From the NCBI RefSeq assembly GCF_008831285.2, contig NC_045138.2:38006001-38070000 (forward strand): a stretch of 64,000 nt of DNA. Reading direction: 5' to 3'. Each line of letters starts with the position of its first letter. Position 1 is the first letter of the stretch. The position numbers and the translations under genes were made by a program. The stretch is from Nymphaea colorata. Lineage: Eukaryota. A model generated the notes under the pieces. The model had not been told where the DNA came from. It was given only the letters and a program-made list of their open reading frames with translations, and did no database searches. Below, piece after piece: positions 1 to 14,900 of the stretch.

Positions 1-3000
1 CAGTTTATTTAAAAAAAATTAAAAAATTATATATGATATGTATATATATATATATAATACAATTTTTTTAAAAAAATTTATCAGCCCAGGCCAGACCACG
101 GCCATTTTCATTGGTCTGGGCTTGGCCCGACCCTGGCCGGGGGCACGGTCGTACAGGGAAATTCTCAATTTTTTTTTGTTGGCCCCTCTAAAATTTGATA
201 GAACAATAACGAGCTTCCCAACATAAATTTTCTGGTCTGACCTGATGGTAGCCCCAGCAACAGTATTAGGCAACTCTAAGGAAGTGGACAATGAAATAAA
301 AGAAGCGGTCAGTACATTCCCCATTTAATATATGCATTTGGCTTCTTGTGATCAATGTTCGGCCCACAACCTTACGTGTACTTTAAAAATCATTCCCCAG
401 ATTTCTCTACAGATAACGAACTGTTTCAGCATGATGAACTTGGAACCAAACATCCAGAACATAAAAGGTACGATCTGTCGAAATGAGCTTTCTTATATAA
501 TTGAGAGGACAATTCTGTATGTTTAGGCCGTCTTATTAGACTATAAAAACTCACCATAATCTTGTTGGCTAAGATAGGTACAGTAATACAAATAATACCA
601 AATAGGCAAACCGAAATAATGCCTTCGTTTATAGAGATACGAAGAACCCAAAGAAAGTTACACAATGAAAAGATATGAGTAAGAGAAACACGTCCATCAT
701 ATTATACTGTTTGGCTCCATGTGGGAAATGATGGAGGGAATTATTGGGGAAATCTGTGACAAGATGTAGCTGTAATCCATCTCAGGATGGCCCTGCAAGA
801 TGGCACATTATTTTCTGTGTGGACCTTAAGCTAAAGTTTACAACAGAAGGAGATGCGATTCGTGAAGTAAGAGTTTCCTCCATTAAAAGTTTTGCAACGT
901 TGCAAAAATCGGTTTCCAATTGCTCTTGGAAGCCATGAGAGATCGAAACGTGTTGGCCATATACATCAATACAAATAGATTTTAAAAGTGAGTTGAAATT
1001 TTATTTTTTTCTTAAAAAGTTTAATTCATTGACGCATATGTGTATCTCCTGATTTTGGGAAAGGTCTCAATCTGCCCCTGCCTGGCCTCAGTTTGCATCT
1101 ATACAGCGGGGTTTTGGATTCTTGTATCCAATGATTGAGAAGATGACTTTCATAATTGTTTTCTTCTTATGAGGAATTGAAATCAGGTGTTGCCAGATGA
1201 CAAAATATATAACAACCATCGTTAAAAGCACCAGCATTAGCAAGAGTTTATGGTACAACGATGATTTATCATGCTTTTAACGATAATTTATGATGTTTTT
1301 CGTGTTGAAATTGAAATAGTTAACCATCTAGCAAACATTGGCAGCTGGATGATTTCAATTTTTCTCATTTTCATTATTTAAGCAACTAGGATGGATAAGC
1401 TTACAGGTTGAAGCCAAATCCGCCACCTGTTGTGGAGCAGGTCTGGCCCCAATACAGCTGCACAATTATTGAGTAATTACATGTCATAAAGCAATTTTGT
1501 AAACTGTTTCTCAAAGTTCAAGTTCAGGATAAGACTACATGTTTAAAGGCCTTTTAAGTTGGTCCTTCATTTCTTTCAATGTATCAGTAGTGTTGAGGTT
1601 CAGAAAGTTTTGAAAGTTTTATCCTTACAATAAACTTTTCATCATTCGTACCAGTATTCGAATTGGAGACCAAGTATCTGAAAATCTAATAAATCAGATA
1701 TGGTAAAGGGTGCGTCTACTTGAATCCGATTCTTCTGCCATCCCCATTTACTCTATAGCAACAAGGATTCAAGGCCAGGATTCTCCATCCAGCTTAAGGA
1801 ACAAGTTCGAGAAATTATGTGTGCAATTTCCTAAAAGTAGTTATAGTGGGGTCACTAGAATTTATCTTCTCAAACAATCTTGGATGGAATGTGAACTTTC
1901 TCAGTAAGTCTTAAGCATATCTTGACAAGGAAAGCACTTAAGTGTCTAAAGGAGTCTTTCGACACTGGTGTGCAGATCACCTTATGTGACTGTAATTGGT
2001 TCTACTTACCTGCAATTCCCGTGTTTGTTTAGTAGATTGTGTTCGCAGGGAATCAATGGGAATGACTTGGACGAAGTCCAGAAAAAGATACGAGTAAGTT
2101 GAAAGCCTCTTCTTTAGCATCATCAGGAACTAGCGTCCTTCCCCAAAAGGGTTGGAGTAATTATTAACTTATCATTTAGAACTGTTTTTCTTTGCTACTT
2201 TTATCAGGTCTGCTACTTCTTTCGAGCCAAACAACTGGACATAGGAATCCAGAATGTGGGTTTGTAAAGGATGCTGCAACTCCCTCCTCTTCCGCTTTCA
2301 CTACTGTTCCCCCAAGGAAACGAAGGGAGTAAAGTTCTGATACTCGTTGCTTAACTGGTTCTTAAAGTATCCGTTTGTTTCTTTGTTCTCTTTCTTTCCA
2401 CAATGAGTTTGAAGTGATACTCAGATTAAACTTTTCTGTAAGCAGAGGTAAAATCCCTTGGATGTAAATGATTGGCCAGGCTTATGCATCTACGAGTTCG
2501 GTATAGGAGTGACAACGACGGGAATGAATAATTTTTGGGGTCTTTTCCATGGTCAGAAAAAATGAATTTTAGCGATTTCACTCCAACGTGTCCTTGGTTT
2601 AATTAATAAAGAACTGCAGAATCCAGCTGCAATCCACCGTTAAAAGAAAATTTATAGTATACAAATACAGATTCTATCCCTCTGTTCCGCAAAAAACTTA
2701 ATGGGTAGTCACACCGTAGCTTGCATAAATAAGTGGAAGACTAAAACTGCTCTGTGCCCGAGGAACCACAAAAAAGAAAGAAAAAAAAGAAAAAGGTGTC
2801 AAGTTACAGTACAATATGAGCCTGCCATAAAGAAAGATGTTGGAATCTCACCTTGCTTGGTATTCAATCAACAGAGAATTTAACATTTCTCCTTTGTCGT
2901 GTACAGAAGCTTGGTTGGTGAGCTTGGTTCAACTACCGTCTAAAGAAATTAAAAGAAGGCGTCTCTGTTGAGAATATTTTCATATAAAATAATGGGCTTT

Positions 3001-3403
3001 TTTTGTGCGTCTCTTACAGGCTTGCGTTGGAATCAGCCTCTGGGCTCTCTCGGTCCACTTAAATTAGAATTCTTTTGACGGGTATCTAGGGAGTCGACGT
3101 CCTCCACCTAAGATTAGTTTATGCCCTGCGAACTCACTCAACCGACTTGTATAAGTCCAAATTTAAACTGTGGAATGTTTCGAAGGACAAAGATAGGCTG
3201 AACAGAGGATGACGGGAGTTCTGTCGAAAATTTGCTTTGAAATTTTGGAGGAAAAAAATGCAATTTGAAAAAGGAAACAAGGCAAAGAAAAAAGCAAGGT
3301 CTGGTGTCCAACGTCTTGAGGGTTGAAACTTGCTTTCCTCCTCGTCGAACACTCAATTTGTGTGCTTATATTGAAAACCGAACTCATTCAGGCGGCGTCG
3401 ACC

Positions 3404-3428
3404 ATCTCTCTCTCTCTCTCTCTCTCTC
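3404..3428. repeat. (CT)n microsatellite in the probable 5' leader of the mannanase gene
   Basis: Perfect TC/CT run read directly; it sits in a pyrimidine-rich stretch about 600 bp upstream of the ATG. Confidence 0.85.
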
Positions 3429-4034
3429 TGTCCGTCTTTCCAGTCTCTCCGAAACTTGTTTTCTGCATTGGGGACCAGCCTCGTTCAGGCTGTAGGAACC
3501 TGGAACCCCCTCTCTTTCTCTCACAGAGGCTTCCGGCTGTAATGCTTATCGGTTTCTCTCTCTTAAAAGCTGGACTTTTACGTTGAAAACCATCGTCCTC
3601 GGGCTGTTTATATCATCTCTCCCTGCAATAGTGGAAGCCTGAAGACTTCAAAGGCAAGGGTGGTTACCCTTCTGAAACTCCATGATCAATCGCATTTGGT
3701 TTGCGCAACTTTGGTTGTTGGCGACTCTGTGTAGCTCTCTTGGTACAACAAACTTTGCGCTCTAGCTTGTAGCAGCCGACCAGGGATGCCTTATATTGAC
3801 GTTAAAAAGATTCCCACTTCTTTCTACGGTATTATATTTGGTGCAGACTAATTAGTAACCTCAAAGCTGCAAAATCTGGATTGGCCATTGATGCCTGGAA
3901 GCCAGATTTAGAATGTGTGGGTCCTCATTGAAGCCTTTTGGAGAAACTGCTAACCTTGTTGTCCTTTTATTGCTATATTGGCAAGAACCAGTCAGTAGAT
4001 TTTGAGTTGGTTGTGATTCTTCCTGATTCCCAGG

Positions 4035-7000
4035 ATGTTGGCAGGAAATGGACTATTTTGCCCGCTTCTTGGGTTTGCTTCGTGTGCTGTTTTTATTTAC
4101 ATGACATTGGGGGATTTAAAGTTTTTCTTCAGGGAGCCAAAGATGGAGTTTGTGAGAAGAAATGGGACTCAATTTGTTGAGGGAGGGAAGGAATTCTATG
4201 TCAACGGATGGAATTCTTACTGGTTAATGGATCAGGCGGTGGAAGAATACAGTAGGCCGAGAGTAACGAAAATGCTTCATGCTGGTGCCAAGATGGGGCT
4301 TACTGTTTGCAGAACTTGGGCTTTCAATGATGCCGGATATAATGCCTTACAGCTTAAGCCGGGAGAATTTGACGAACGCGTATTTAAGGTAATCTCAACT
4401 CTCTTTCTCTTTTCTTTTTTTCTTCTTCTTCTCCTTTTTCACATCTCATGATTGATTTGAACGCGTATACGGGCAAATGTAGCAGCTTTACATTGTACAT
4501 CGATCCTTTTCGTTTTCATTCTGCTTCTTGCTGCTTTCTTTGTATTGCCAGAGAAGGACCTATTTTTTAAGTTTTATTTTTGTTGGTTCGAACAAGATTG
4601 TCTCTAATGATCTTGGTCACTCCATAAGCACCTAAAATATTAGAACGAAAAACTAAACATAAGGTGTATCACCCATTATCATAGACATGACGTAACTCTT
4701 GAGAGGTTGTAATATGAAAGATGCTGGAACAGGCACTTCTCATTTCATCTATGGTAGTAGCAACTCATGGTCTTTGAGGAGAAGTTGCAGCCAATGCTAC
4801 AAGGGCAACTACTCATTGTCGTCAGAATCCTCATCTTGCAATACAGATATAAAAAAACAGAGACTGGGCCTACATTTAGGTGTGTTCTAACTCTTTTTTC
4901 TGGGGCATGATGCTATTGTCTTGCTATAGACTTGGACACAGGCGACAGTTCTCACATGATTGTCATCTGAATGTATCGCAAGAATCCAGCAAGCTGAAAT
5001 AAGGTCCAAACAAACAACTAAATGAGTAAGCAACTAACTTCTATGACAGGATTCTGATACCAGTACACAATTTGGTGACCTCGAGTTTATGAAGGATTTT
5101 GGTGTTCAGATATATGGTTTTTCAAATCATAGAATGCAACTATAATGCACATGATGCTTGTGCGCTTCATGTTCCAAGTTTAATGACAAGCTCAGTATGA
5201 CACTGCTTCTAGCGTTAATTGGGTTCCTTTCAGTGAGGGTGCTTTGTAGTCCACCTGAACACCTGAGTGCTGCAATTGAGATGACAAAACCAAATAGAAC
5301 ATCAATTGGAGTTTTGATTCTAATAATCTTTTATGAATTCTTTAGTGTCTGTAGTACTTTTTCTTTCATATATTTGACTGTACGTTTGGGGCCTTTCTAT
5401 TTGATGGTAACAAAACAATGTGAACACTTTCGTAGGCATTGGATCGAGTCATTGCAGAAGCACGGCACCATGGGATTAGATTAATCCTCTGTCTGGTGAA
5501 TAATTTGCATGCCTATGGAGGTAAAGCTCAGTATGTTCAATGGGCATGGGAGGAAGGGTCAGCTTCAAGCAGGTCTAACGACTCTTTCTTTTCCGATTCC
5601 TCCATCAGACATCATTTCAAGAATTATGTGAAGGTAAGTTGAAATGAATAGCTCCATCTATTTCAAAAACTTGTACAGCTGATCACAATTTATTAGGCCT
5701 ATGTGACCTTTCAAAGCCTAATTTTGGGTTATTCTGCAAGCTTCCTTCATTTGTGCAACATTGACCGGCATTGTTATTCCATCCTTGTTCAATGGGTTTG
5801 ATTACAGAAAGTACCTCCTGAGTCATCTTATGAAAATATCAGTACTGAAAAAGAGTAGTCCAAATTGCAAATGGTTGTGGTTGAGATATTATGTCTATGA
5901 ACCAAAACCTGGATTTTATACAGTTTACTTCAACCTGGTCAATATTCCCTCCTGGTCATGTCTCATTCTGTGATTTGTATATGTATGCTCCATGCCTTAA
6001 ATCAATTGTTTGTTTTCTTAAATCTTATATATTCAGTCAGAACTGGGTGGTTAGCTTTTATCCTCTCACTAATCTCGGCAGTTCTATTGTATGGTAGAAT
6101 GTGAGTTGTATTTATAATTTTATACATACATTCTCATCTTTGCTTGTCTATCTACAGACAATGTTGACTCGGAGAAATCGCTTTACAGGAGTTGAATATA
6201 GAAACGATCCTACAATTTTTGCATGGGAATTAATGAATGAGCCTCGTTGTACAACTGATCCTTCTGGTAGTTCACTTCAGGTAATTTGCTTCTTCCCTAA
6301 ATCTTCATTTTCTATGCTTATTTAGCCTAATTTTTTGAAAGATTGATCTAGCTGACTGGACTAGCTCATTGTAGGTGCAGGCTGGGTCCATTCACATTTC
6401 ACTATGAAATTTAGTACTTCTTCATATTTCTTTAGTTATGTCTATCTGTGGTTGTACAACCTCACAAGTACCAAATAATGAAATAAATGAGACAGGGGAT
6501 CAAGGGTTACGGGCTCAAAGATTCTTCTTTCTCCTCAGTGGGCAAGATATTACTTAGCTTCAGTGTAAATATGATAATAGATTTCAATAAGCAATAGAAA
6601 ATAGAAAATTTTAATTAATAACAGTTGCTTAGTAATGATTTATGTATATGAGGAAGGACCAAGTTTGCTTTTGTTACATTGTTCTTCGTTGTATTTTGTT
6701 CCAAATATGTTCTGTTTAATGAATTGGTAGGAACATAAGATTGTTCCCCTAACTATTCTTGCCCTGAGAAAGGACTATCTTAACAGCAAGCTTCATGGAA
6801 AAACTCCCTGTAATTTAATAAATCTTTACCTATTTAAAAAAATGCAGGGTTGGATCAAAGAAATGGCTGAATTCGTGAAATCTATTGACAAGAACCACCT
6901 ACTAACTGTTGGAGTGGAAGGCTTCTATAGTGCAGCAACTGCCAAAAAGTTCCATGTGAACCCCGGAGACTGGGCAAGCAGCCTTGGCACTGATTTTGTG

Positions 7001-7664
7001 GAAAATTCGAGGATTGCAGCGATAGATTTTGCTTCTGTTCATACATACCCAGATAGCTGGTAAGTACATCAGATTTGCTTAGTAGTTAGTCAATTACACG
7101 TGAAAAAATGTCAGTCATGTCTAGAAAAGATGCAAGCTCCATCAAGTTCATATGGTTTCGATGCAAAGACTGGTTTTTCTTCATGCAGTTTTAGTATTAA
7201 GCACATGTTTAGGTTCAAAAGGTCCTTGACTGAACTCGTACCCCAGTGCATAAACTCTTTCATACTACAGGTGTCCAGGGCTCAGTTTCACAGAGAAGAT
7301 GAAGTTTGTGTCGGAATGGATATCATCTCATATTGATGATGGAGACCAGGATTTGAAAAAACCAGTGCTGTTTGCTGAATTTGGGTTGTCTTCCAAGACT
7401 GATAACTTTCAACCGGGACACCGATATCAGTACTACAAGAGGGTGTATGATTTACTGTACGAAGCTGCAAAAGCAACGCGATCTGGTGCTGGAGCAATGC
7501 CATGGCAGTTTCTTGTCGATGACATGGACGAGTATGGAGATGCATTTGCAATTGTTCCATGGAGGATACCATCCATTTACAAGCTCATAACCAGACAGTC
7601 GTGTAGGTTGGCAGCAATCCGCCATGGCAAGAGTTCATCCAAGTTATTGGCTGAATGCCCATAG
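4035..7664 (+). CDS. MAN: Mannan endo-1,4-beta-mannosidase (glycoside hydrolase family 5), N-terminal signal-anchor type; 5 exons
   Basis: Exons 4035-4388, 5436-5633, 6158-6280, 6848-7059 and 7271-7664 all have GT-AG borders and consistent phases. Plant GH5 mannanase motifs are present: [22 protein letters not shown] (acid/base Glu), [13 protein letters not shown] and LFAEFG (nucleophile Glu). The N-terminus is hydrophobic ([19 protein letters not shown]). Confidence 0.95.
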
Positions 7665-9462
7665 AGTTAGTATGTACATTTTCTTTTATTTTCTTCCAAA
7701 GTTGTTGTATTCATATTCTTTTGTTCCTTCTTGCATTTATGATGCATGTATAGGAAATATGTGTTTGGTGATATAGAAAGTTTTGGCTGTTTTTGTGAAT
7801 GATCTGTCCACGGCTACCGGCGGTTTCAATGGCTCCAACTTCAACGACGGATATCACAGAGTGGACCTATACCAGATGCAGATGAGGCTAAATCCAATGC
7901 AAAATTTATTTTTTCAAAAAAATCTCATTAAAGTAGGCGAATCATCTCTCTCTTGCTCTCTTTCTCCCTCATTCTGTCTTTGACAAAGCAACGATATTTG
8001 TCTCTTGGGTGGGAAGGCCGTGAATTGAGCAGGCAACTGTGGATCTTAGGTTGGGGATCATCTGCGTGGTTCCTTCTACCGAATACTCGTAATTCATATG
8101 CCCGACTTTCTTGTCGAGATTTCAGCAAGATACGCACCTGCCCTGTGCCAGCCTTATGATAGATTTTCTCCTTTTCATTGCCAGCCTGTGAACAAACTGA
8201 GTCGAAGGCTGCAGTTTCTTTTCTGTCCCTTCGGCTGTCGTTTTCTTTTTTGAAAAAAAGGTATTCTGGTTTTCTTGACAAAACAGAAATTTATAACTAA
8301 CTGCTGAATTTTTTATGTATTAGCATACAACTACTTAGCATTTGCAAATTGACTTTATACAATCATTCACAACTACGTGCTTTAATATTATAATATTTTC
8401 AAAAGTACTACTTTACATTTGTCGTAAAAGATGATTTCTTGTAAAAAGAAACAATTCCAATGAAATATGCTGCTTCTGGGGGATCTCATCCCCTTATTTT
8501 TTTATTAAGAGGAGCCATTGGCCCTCCTTTGCCTCACCACCTTTAAGATTAATAGAGCTTGTTTCAGAATCTATTAAAGTCTAAAGAAAGAGCTAAAAAA
8601 TTTATAAAGTTGGTAAGTTCAATAATCAGTTCTTATTTTTAACCCTTTTCAAGCTAAAGCCGAAGCTAAATAACGAAGCTAATAAGAGATAGGTTGTGAT
8701 CCACCAAACCAGGTCTTGACAATTTAGATGATATTATTTTTGATTGTCATAGTTACAAATATACGAATATGAGTTAACACCTTCTTTTATTGGCAATGAA
8801 TTTTTTATGTCTTGGCTTGCAGTCGCAGGCGCCATATATATCAGATCTTATATGTATGTCATGCACCCATGAAATAGAAAACCCTGTAATGGCTCGTACC
8901 GTTATGAGGTTGAGGTTGGTATTAATAAGACAAGTATTTATGCTTATGGGAAACTCTGACGAAAAGAGGCACACATGAAACCATAAGTGGACATTCGTTT
9001 AGCTGATGCAAACGCCGGACACAGGGAACGCACCCGCACGGCTTGCAAAAAGCCAAAATACGTTCCGACGTTTCCTTGAAAAGTGCCACGGAATGGAGTC
9101 TTGTCTCGCTCCATGCAAACACGGCAACCTCTCCCAGGGCCGCCGCATCTGTTCTTCCCGTTCTCGGGACACCAAGCGTCTTAAAAACAGAAAATCAAAC
9201 ATACTTTAAAATAGAGGAAATTTATTAAAGCACAAGTCCAAGTGCAACAAGAGAGAGGTAGACACAGGAAGGACCGACTGGACTAATACGGGCAGCAGCG
9301 TTCATGGTGCATCTCCATCTACCATAACATATCTAGACATCACATAAGCATGCCATGCATGAAGAAACATACATGCACACGCTCCACATACATAAGCACA
9401 TACACATGCCTACATGCAAACTGCCACCACGTATCTTCTGCTGCTCACGATGATAAGCAGGT

Positions 9463-10453
9463 TTAATGGGCACCACAGGAGCAGTTCACGCACTTGCAGG
9501 CGGAGCCTGCACCGCACTTGCAGCCGTTCTCGGCCGCCGGCACCTCCATGACTTCATCGAAGTAACTGCAAATAAGATGCCGACTATTCTATTGAGCAAG
9601 GTCATTATCACCACAGTTAAGCTTGATTATTGAAAGATTCGTGCAGTTGGTATGAAGTAAGATAAGTTAGATGCATGGTTGATCTAAGACACATCTATAC
9701 CTCTTCTCCGTCTCGATGATATCGATACCAAAAGAATTTCCTTTCTTCCTGCAAGCACAAAATCAGATTACTTTTAATACCATATCATCATCTATACTCG
9801 TTTTTTCACATTTAAGTATTTAACCATTTGAAAATATAAAAATCATTAATATTTAGAACAACTTTATGAAGAAGGTCACTTTTTACATATATATATATAT
9901 ACACACAGGGAGAGAGAGATGATATGAACTTCATTAAACCAGTCACCATAAGAGGAAAAATGGATGCAAAACAAGATACAAAGGCAATTGTGAGATAGAG
10001 ATACAGATGTATACCCAAACTTATATATATATATATATGTTTGAGAAATCAGTCGGCTACTTTTAAGATCGGATGGTTATTTTTTATTTTATGTTACTAA
10101 AAACTATTAAAAAGTATGCATTTGAGACGATCAGTTGTTTAACAACCATGGTTTTTGGTGACAGAACATAATGACACAAAATAAAGAAAAAAAAACTTGG
10201 CAACAAAGGTAACCGGTTCAATTCAATTTGCATATGTACATGTATCGTTACCTTTAAAGAAAAAAGAGAGGAGAGACAGGATAGATATAAATTTAGGGCC
10301 GCATGATCTGATTATTATATATACTCACACACGGACAAAGAAGCCAGCGCATGTATTCCACACACACAGAAATTAACCAATTAAAATATTATCGTAGTTC
10401 ACTTACACGCACTGGCTCTTGTCAGCGCAGTCACAGTTGCCACAGGTCGACAT
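9463..10453 (-). CDS. MT3: Metallothionein type 3, 65 aa, 3 exons
   Basis: Minus-strand exons 10453-10407, 9748-9701 and 9565-9463 with GT-AG borders give MSTCGNCDCADKSQCVKKGNSFGIDIIETEKSYFDEVMEVPAAENGCKCGAGSACKCVNCSCGAH*. Four N-terminal Cys and three C-terminal CxC motifs are the type-3 plant MT pattern. It is absent from the ORF track because the exons are short. Confidence 0.96.
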
Positions 10454-10560
10454 GGTGATGAGCAAGCTTGGTGGGGAGAGGAGTGAAGAAATGGAAGGAG
10501 AAGAGGCTCACTGCTTGATCAGGAAGTGCTTGTAGTGCAGAAGAAAGGTGGTGGGTATCG

Positions 10561-10568
10561 TATTTATA
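10561..10568 (-). promoter_or_regulatory. TATA box of MT3
   Basis: CCTATAAATA on the minus strand, about 110 bp upstream of the MT3 ATG. Confidence 0.75.
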
Positions 10569-10893
10569 GGCGCAAGTTTCATGAGGCCACCGGCGGTATC
10601 GCCTCTCAATCGTGTGTACCAAATGCTCTAAAGCAGCTCTTGCGTGTGGGCACACTCTTCTAGGATGAAGACGACAAAGGAATCTCTATGATACGAGGGT
10701 GGCAGGAAAGAGATAGGCGCCGTCCCTTCCATCGCCGTCCGGTGACAGTGCTTTGCACGCTAACAGTTCTCAGTTTGGCCTTTCTTGATCGTCTTCCAAA
10801 CCATCTCCCTTCCATTTTGTTTTTGCTTTTCCATTTCGCGAAAGAAATAACTTCATGCAATAAAGTTCGGAAAGGTCTCAACTAAACTAATAA

Positions 10894-11980
10894 GAGGGTT
10901 TTTGGATGACAATTTACTCAAAACACCATCTCCAGAGTGTTTGAATAACAACTAAACTAGGTTTTGTCAAAGCCCGATTTTCATGAAAGGCCTGAAAAAT
11001 CTATTTTCTACCAAGTTTTTCAGGTAAGCTTAATTTTTACCTCTAAACAAAGTTTTTCACTTGTCATTTAAACATGTAAACTAAGTTTACAAAACTGAGT
11101 TTTTAACAAGGTTTTCAAAAACATGGTTTTCATAAAACCAAGTTTATTGATGGCGTCATCCGAACCACCCCAAAAATTGGATTTGTGAAATTTTTAAAAT
11201 CTTGTTTGTATGTTTTGATGACAAGTCAAAAAACTAAGTTTTTATTGTTGAAACCTGATTTATGTTTGGATGACAAAAATGTGTTTGACATAATGTCCAG
11301 ACCTGGTGCAAAAATATACAGACCTGTTGCTGTCGATGTCAAGATAATTAAGCTTCCCTATTAAAACCTGTCGTTGTGCATGTGCTCCTCAATTTTTTAT
11401 TCATTCACTCACGATTGCGCAGATTAAATAGATTCTTTGTTCACTTGTTACTTCTAAGGTGTCAATAATGATTGTTAGGTGAATTGGATCTTGATATTGT
11501 ATATGTTCATGCACCAAACTTCCCAACTCAATATGGGGAAGTAAATTTGAAGTTTATTAAAAGTAAATTTTGTAAAATGACGTTTTGCAGAGAAAACCTA
11601 AGCAAGGAAGGTGGGGTGGAGGGAGAGAAAGTTAGTGCATCGGACTGTGCACATTAAAGAAGGTGCACAGTAAAGAAGGGAAGAACATTTTGGTAATTTA
11701 TTAAAAAGAAATATCTTCCATAATATTTTTACTTTGTTCATTTTCAATTTTGTCTTCACAAAAAGTTTTATTTTTCAGGGTGAACTAAAGACATTTTACA
11801 GGAAAAATCTATGGCACATATAACCAGGTTCAGTGGTGGGGGTGTTGGTGAAAACAAGTTTTCCATAGACTAAAAAACAACATTTTATTTAAAAGTGGGT
11901 TTTCATAAAACTCGGTTTCTAAACCCTCAAAAGAATGTTTTGGAGGCAAAACCTTTTAGGGTTGTCACCCAAATGGCACC
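10894..11980. mobile_element. Degenerate PIF/Harbinger (Tourist-like) non-autonomous element(s) upstream of MT3
   Basis: Left end GAGGGTTTTTGGATGACAA and right end TTGTCACCCAAATGGCACC are imperfect inverted termini, each flanked by TAA. A further terminus-like GTCATCCGAACC lies near 11156. The interior is AT-rich with repeated AAAAC/GTTTT motifs. Confidence 0.4.
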
Positions 11981-14900
11981 TAAGTTTACATTTTTAAGTA
12001 AAACACTCTGGCTATATGTGCGAGCCCGAAAATTTAGAAAAATATAATCCTCCTGCAAAGCACAAAAGGTAGCATATGAAAACATTAGAATGGGCCTCAT
12101 TTCATCCCTCACATGCACGTCATGCACTATTAATATGTCTTTAAGATGAAGTTTGATAAGAAGAACATTATGTTTTTGTAATACAATATATGGGTTGTTT
12201 GGCTCATGAAATGATAACATACCTTTTTATGAACCTGCCTTCATGCACCGTTCCATTAGCCAAACAACCTCCTATGTTTGAAGAACACCATGTTCTTATT
12301 TTAAAAAATATTACACGACCATGTTCGGCGTTTGATTGTAGTTTAAGAACAACAGTATTCATAATCATGACGACGTATTTACTGAAATAAGAACATGATA
12401 TTTACGAGTCGAGAATTTCAAGAACTCTCGTTTCAAACACACAATGTTCCCATAGAGGGATAATAACATCAATCAGTGGTACCCGCCCTGTTTGTTTGAA
12501 TTTAAATGTCAATTTGGGGGGCCTTTGATACATTTAAAATCATGAACTTTTACAATAAAAATGCTTAGTTTTTAAGAAATTAAAATTATTAAACAAACAT
12601 GGTATTTTGTTTTTGGAATTAGAAAACTGAAACTTAGAATTTTAATTTCATTCTTGTTTGAGGAGTAATTATGCTTCTGTAATTTTTATTCTTCAATCAA
12701 AATTCCAAACCATCAAACGCCCCCTTAAAAGAGGATATAAGGAACAGACAGCCATATGTTTGTGAATTCCACCCATTTTGAAACACATTCTGTGTGATCT
12801 TAGAGTCCTTCCCATCAGATGCACTTTCTCTTATCTAAATGTAACATATTAGAAGATTCAACTAACCACTCAGCATGGTTGATTTCGGGTAGAGGTACTA
12901 GTTTCGGGGTTTTATGTCGCAAATTCTCTCGGCCTGGTGCAGTTTTCTAGGGAAAAACAAATATTCTAAATTCATAAAAGTAATGAACTTCACATTAAAT
13001 ACTTAAATGGGCAAATGAGGTCTCTCTCCTTACGACGGGGCTCGATCGTTCATTGCCTTGGTTGTATGTTCCGGTGGTTGGCAAAACAATCATGATATTG
13101 AGAACTAAACCGCGTCAGTCTATTCTCCAAGCAACCGCTGTTGATCACCTTATCTCTTTGGTCGAAAAAAGAAACTTATCTTGTCTTCGCAAAGCATCGG
13201 AAACGGGCCATTTTCGTGTTTCAGACGTCGACTGCCATCGCTTTCGAAGGGAGCAACTTTCAAATCAAAGATTAGGAAGCTGATGCTCCACGAAGGTTAA
13301 GTTAAAGAAGACACTGCATTCCAATGGCGTGATACACGACACCTGCAAATACTTAGTTGGCTGCAAGTTTCTTCCATCAGAAGAAAAAGCAACTTAGATA
13401 ATGTTGCTCCCAGTTTTCTTATTTTGCAGAAAAATTCTGGACCAAGAAAGTCGTGGCCCGTCTTTCGAGGGCACCGGATTCTTCTTTGTTGTTGTGTTGT
13501 CAATGGATTCATTTTTTTGTTAATTTCTTAACCAAGGCTTCTGCTTGTTGATTCATGTACAAGGACACGGGAGAACACATAATTCTGGATGAAAGACCTT
13601 TTATTTTTCTTTCTTCTTTTCTTTTTTTCAATTCTTCTTTGTCTGTTGGTTTCTTTGGAGATTTTTTTTGTTGCTGATTTTTTTTTTTTTTTTTTTTGTT
13701 TTCTTAATGACCTCTCGTTACTCAATTTTATCAATGCATTTCCATTTTGTCGGTTCTCTTTCTCTTCCACCAAATGTTGGTAGCGCAACAGTTTGAGTTG
13801 GGTGGGGTGTTGTAGTCATTAGTTACGTCCTTAATTCGAATCCTAACGGCGCTGTCTGATGATATTAATGAGTAATGTTCTCTTCTCCTCTCGCTCTCTC
13901 CCCATTTAGTCCGACCTTCTACTTATGATAATTTCTATTTAATGAAAAACTTTGAGATAAAGTGATCAAGAGCCCTTAAATCTCATGGGTGACTCATTAC
14001 ATCAATGGCGAAGCCACATATTTGTTAAATGAAAGCAGTCCAAAATAATATATTACTTAAGTGCGTTTTTGTTATACAACTAAAGTTAAATCTAACTGTG
14101 TCTTTATAAAAAATTAAGAAATGAAGATCATATCTTAACACACTGCCATGCTTATAGAGTTGAAGTGCCAAGAGGTTTGTGTACTTGTGGTTTATTTAAT
14201 TTTATTTTTACTAAACCTCTTTTTGCGCCTTGTAAAAATGTATGGACATCTCAAAAGGAGAAAGGGAGAAAGGAATGTTATATATATATATATATATATA
14301 TATTTTAAAATATTAAGAGAAAGGGTTTGTTCTCTTTAGTAAAGTCTTGTCAATCTTAATCATCTTAAAAGATGGTTCATGTGCCTTCTAGCAATGTATC
14401 AAAATCTCAAATGCAGAAAGGAATTTTTGCAAAATATTAACAAAAAAGTTTAGGATGCTCTTGTACAAGTATCGTCAATCTAAATCGTCTACATGACACA
14501 AAGGCATTGAATAAATGGTGCGGTGTTTTATTAGGAATTGCATTAGTCACGTAGTTAATCTAAATGTGAATAGGTATTTGGAAATATTAATATAATCCTA
14601 TCTTATATTATGTTTACGTTAAGTGTTTCATGAAGTTGCCCTTGTCTAACAGAAAAAATCATGAAATAATAACAAAATGTTCTTATACCAAATAACCCCT
14701 AGTGATAATAATAATAGTAGGTTTATGTTTTATGTATATATACTCAAAAAATTAGGATAGATTCATCGATCGTTTTTTTAAAGTGTTTCATGAATTTATT
14801 CATATTTTTGAGGGTGTCGTTTGATAATAATAACAATTTGATACTGTTCAATCAATAAATGTGTACCAAAAAGTATGATGTATTCATAAAACACTGTAAT

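Noticed and set aside
1000..2400. Possible decayed LINE reverse transcriptase (SAIPIYS-like motif in ORF 1710-1907)
   Set aside because: Only one short motif; the other RT motifs are not recoverable at the expected spacing.
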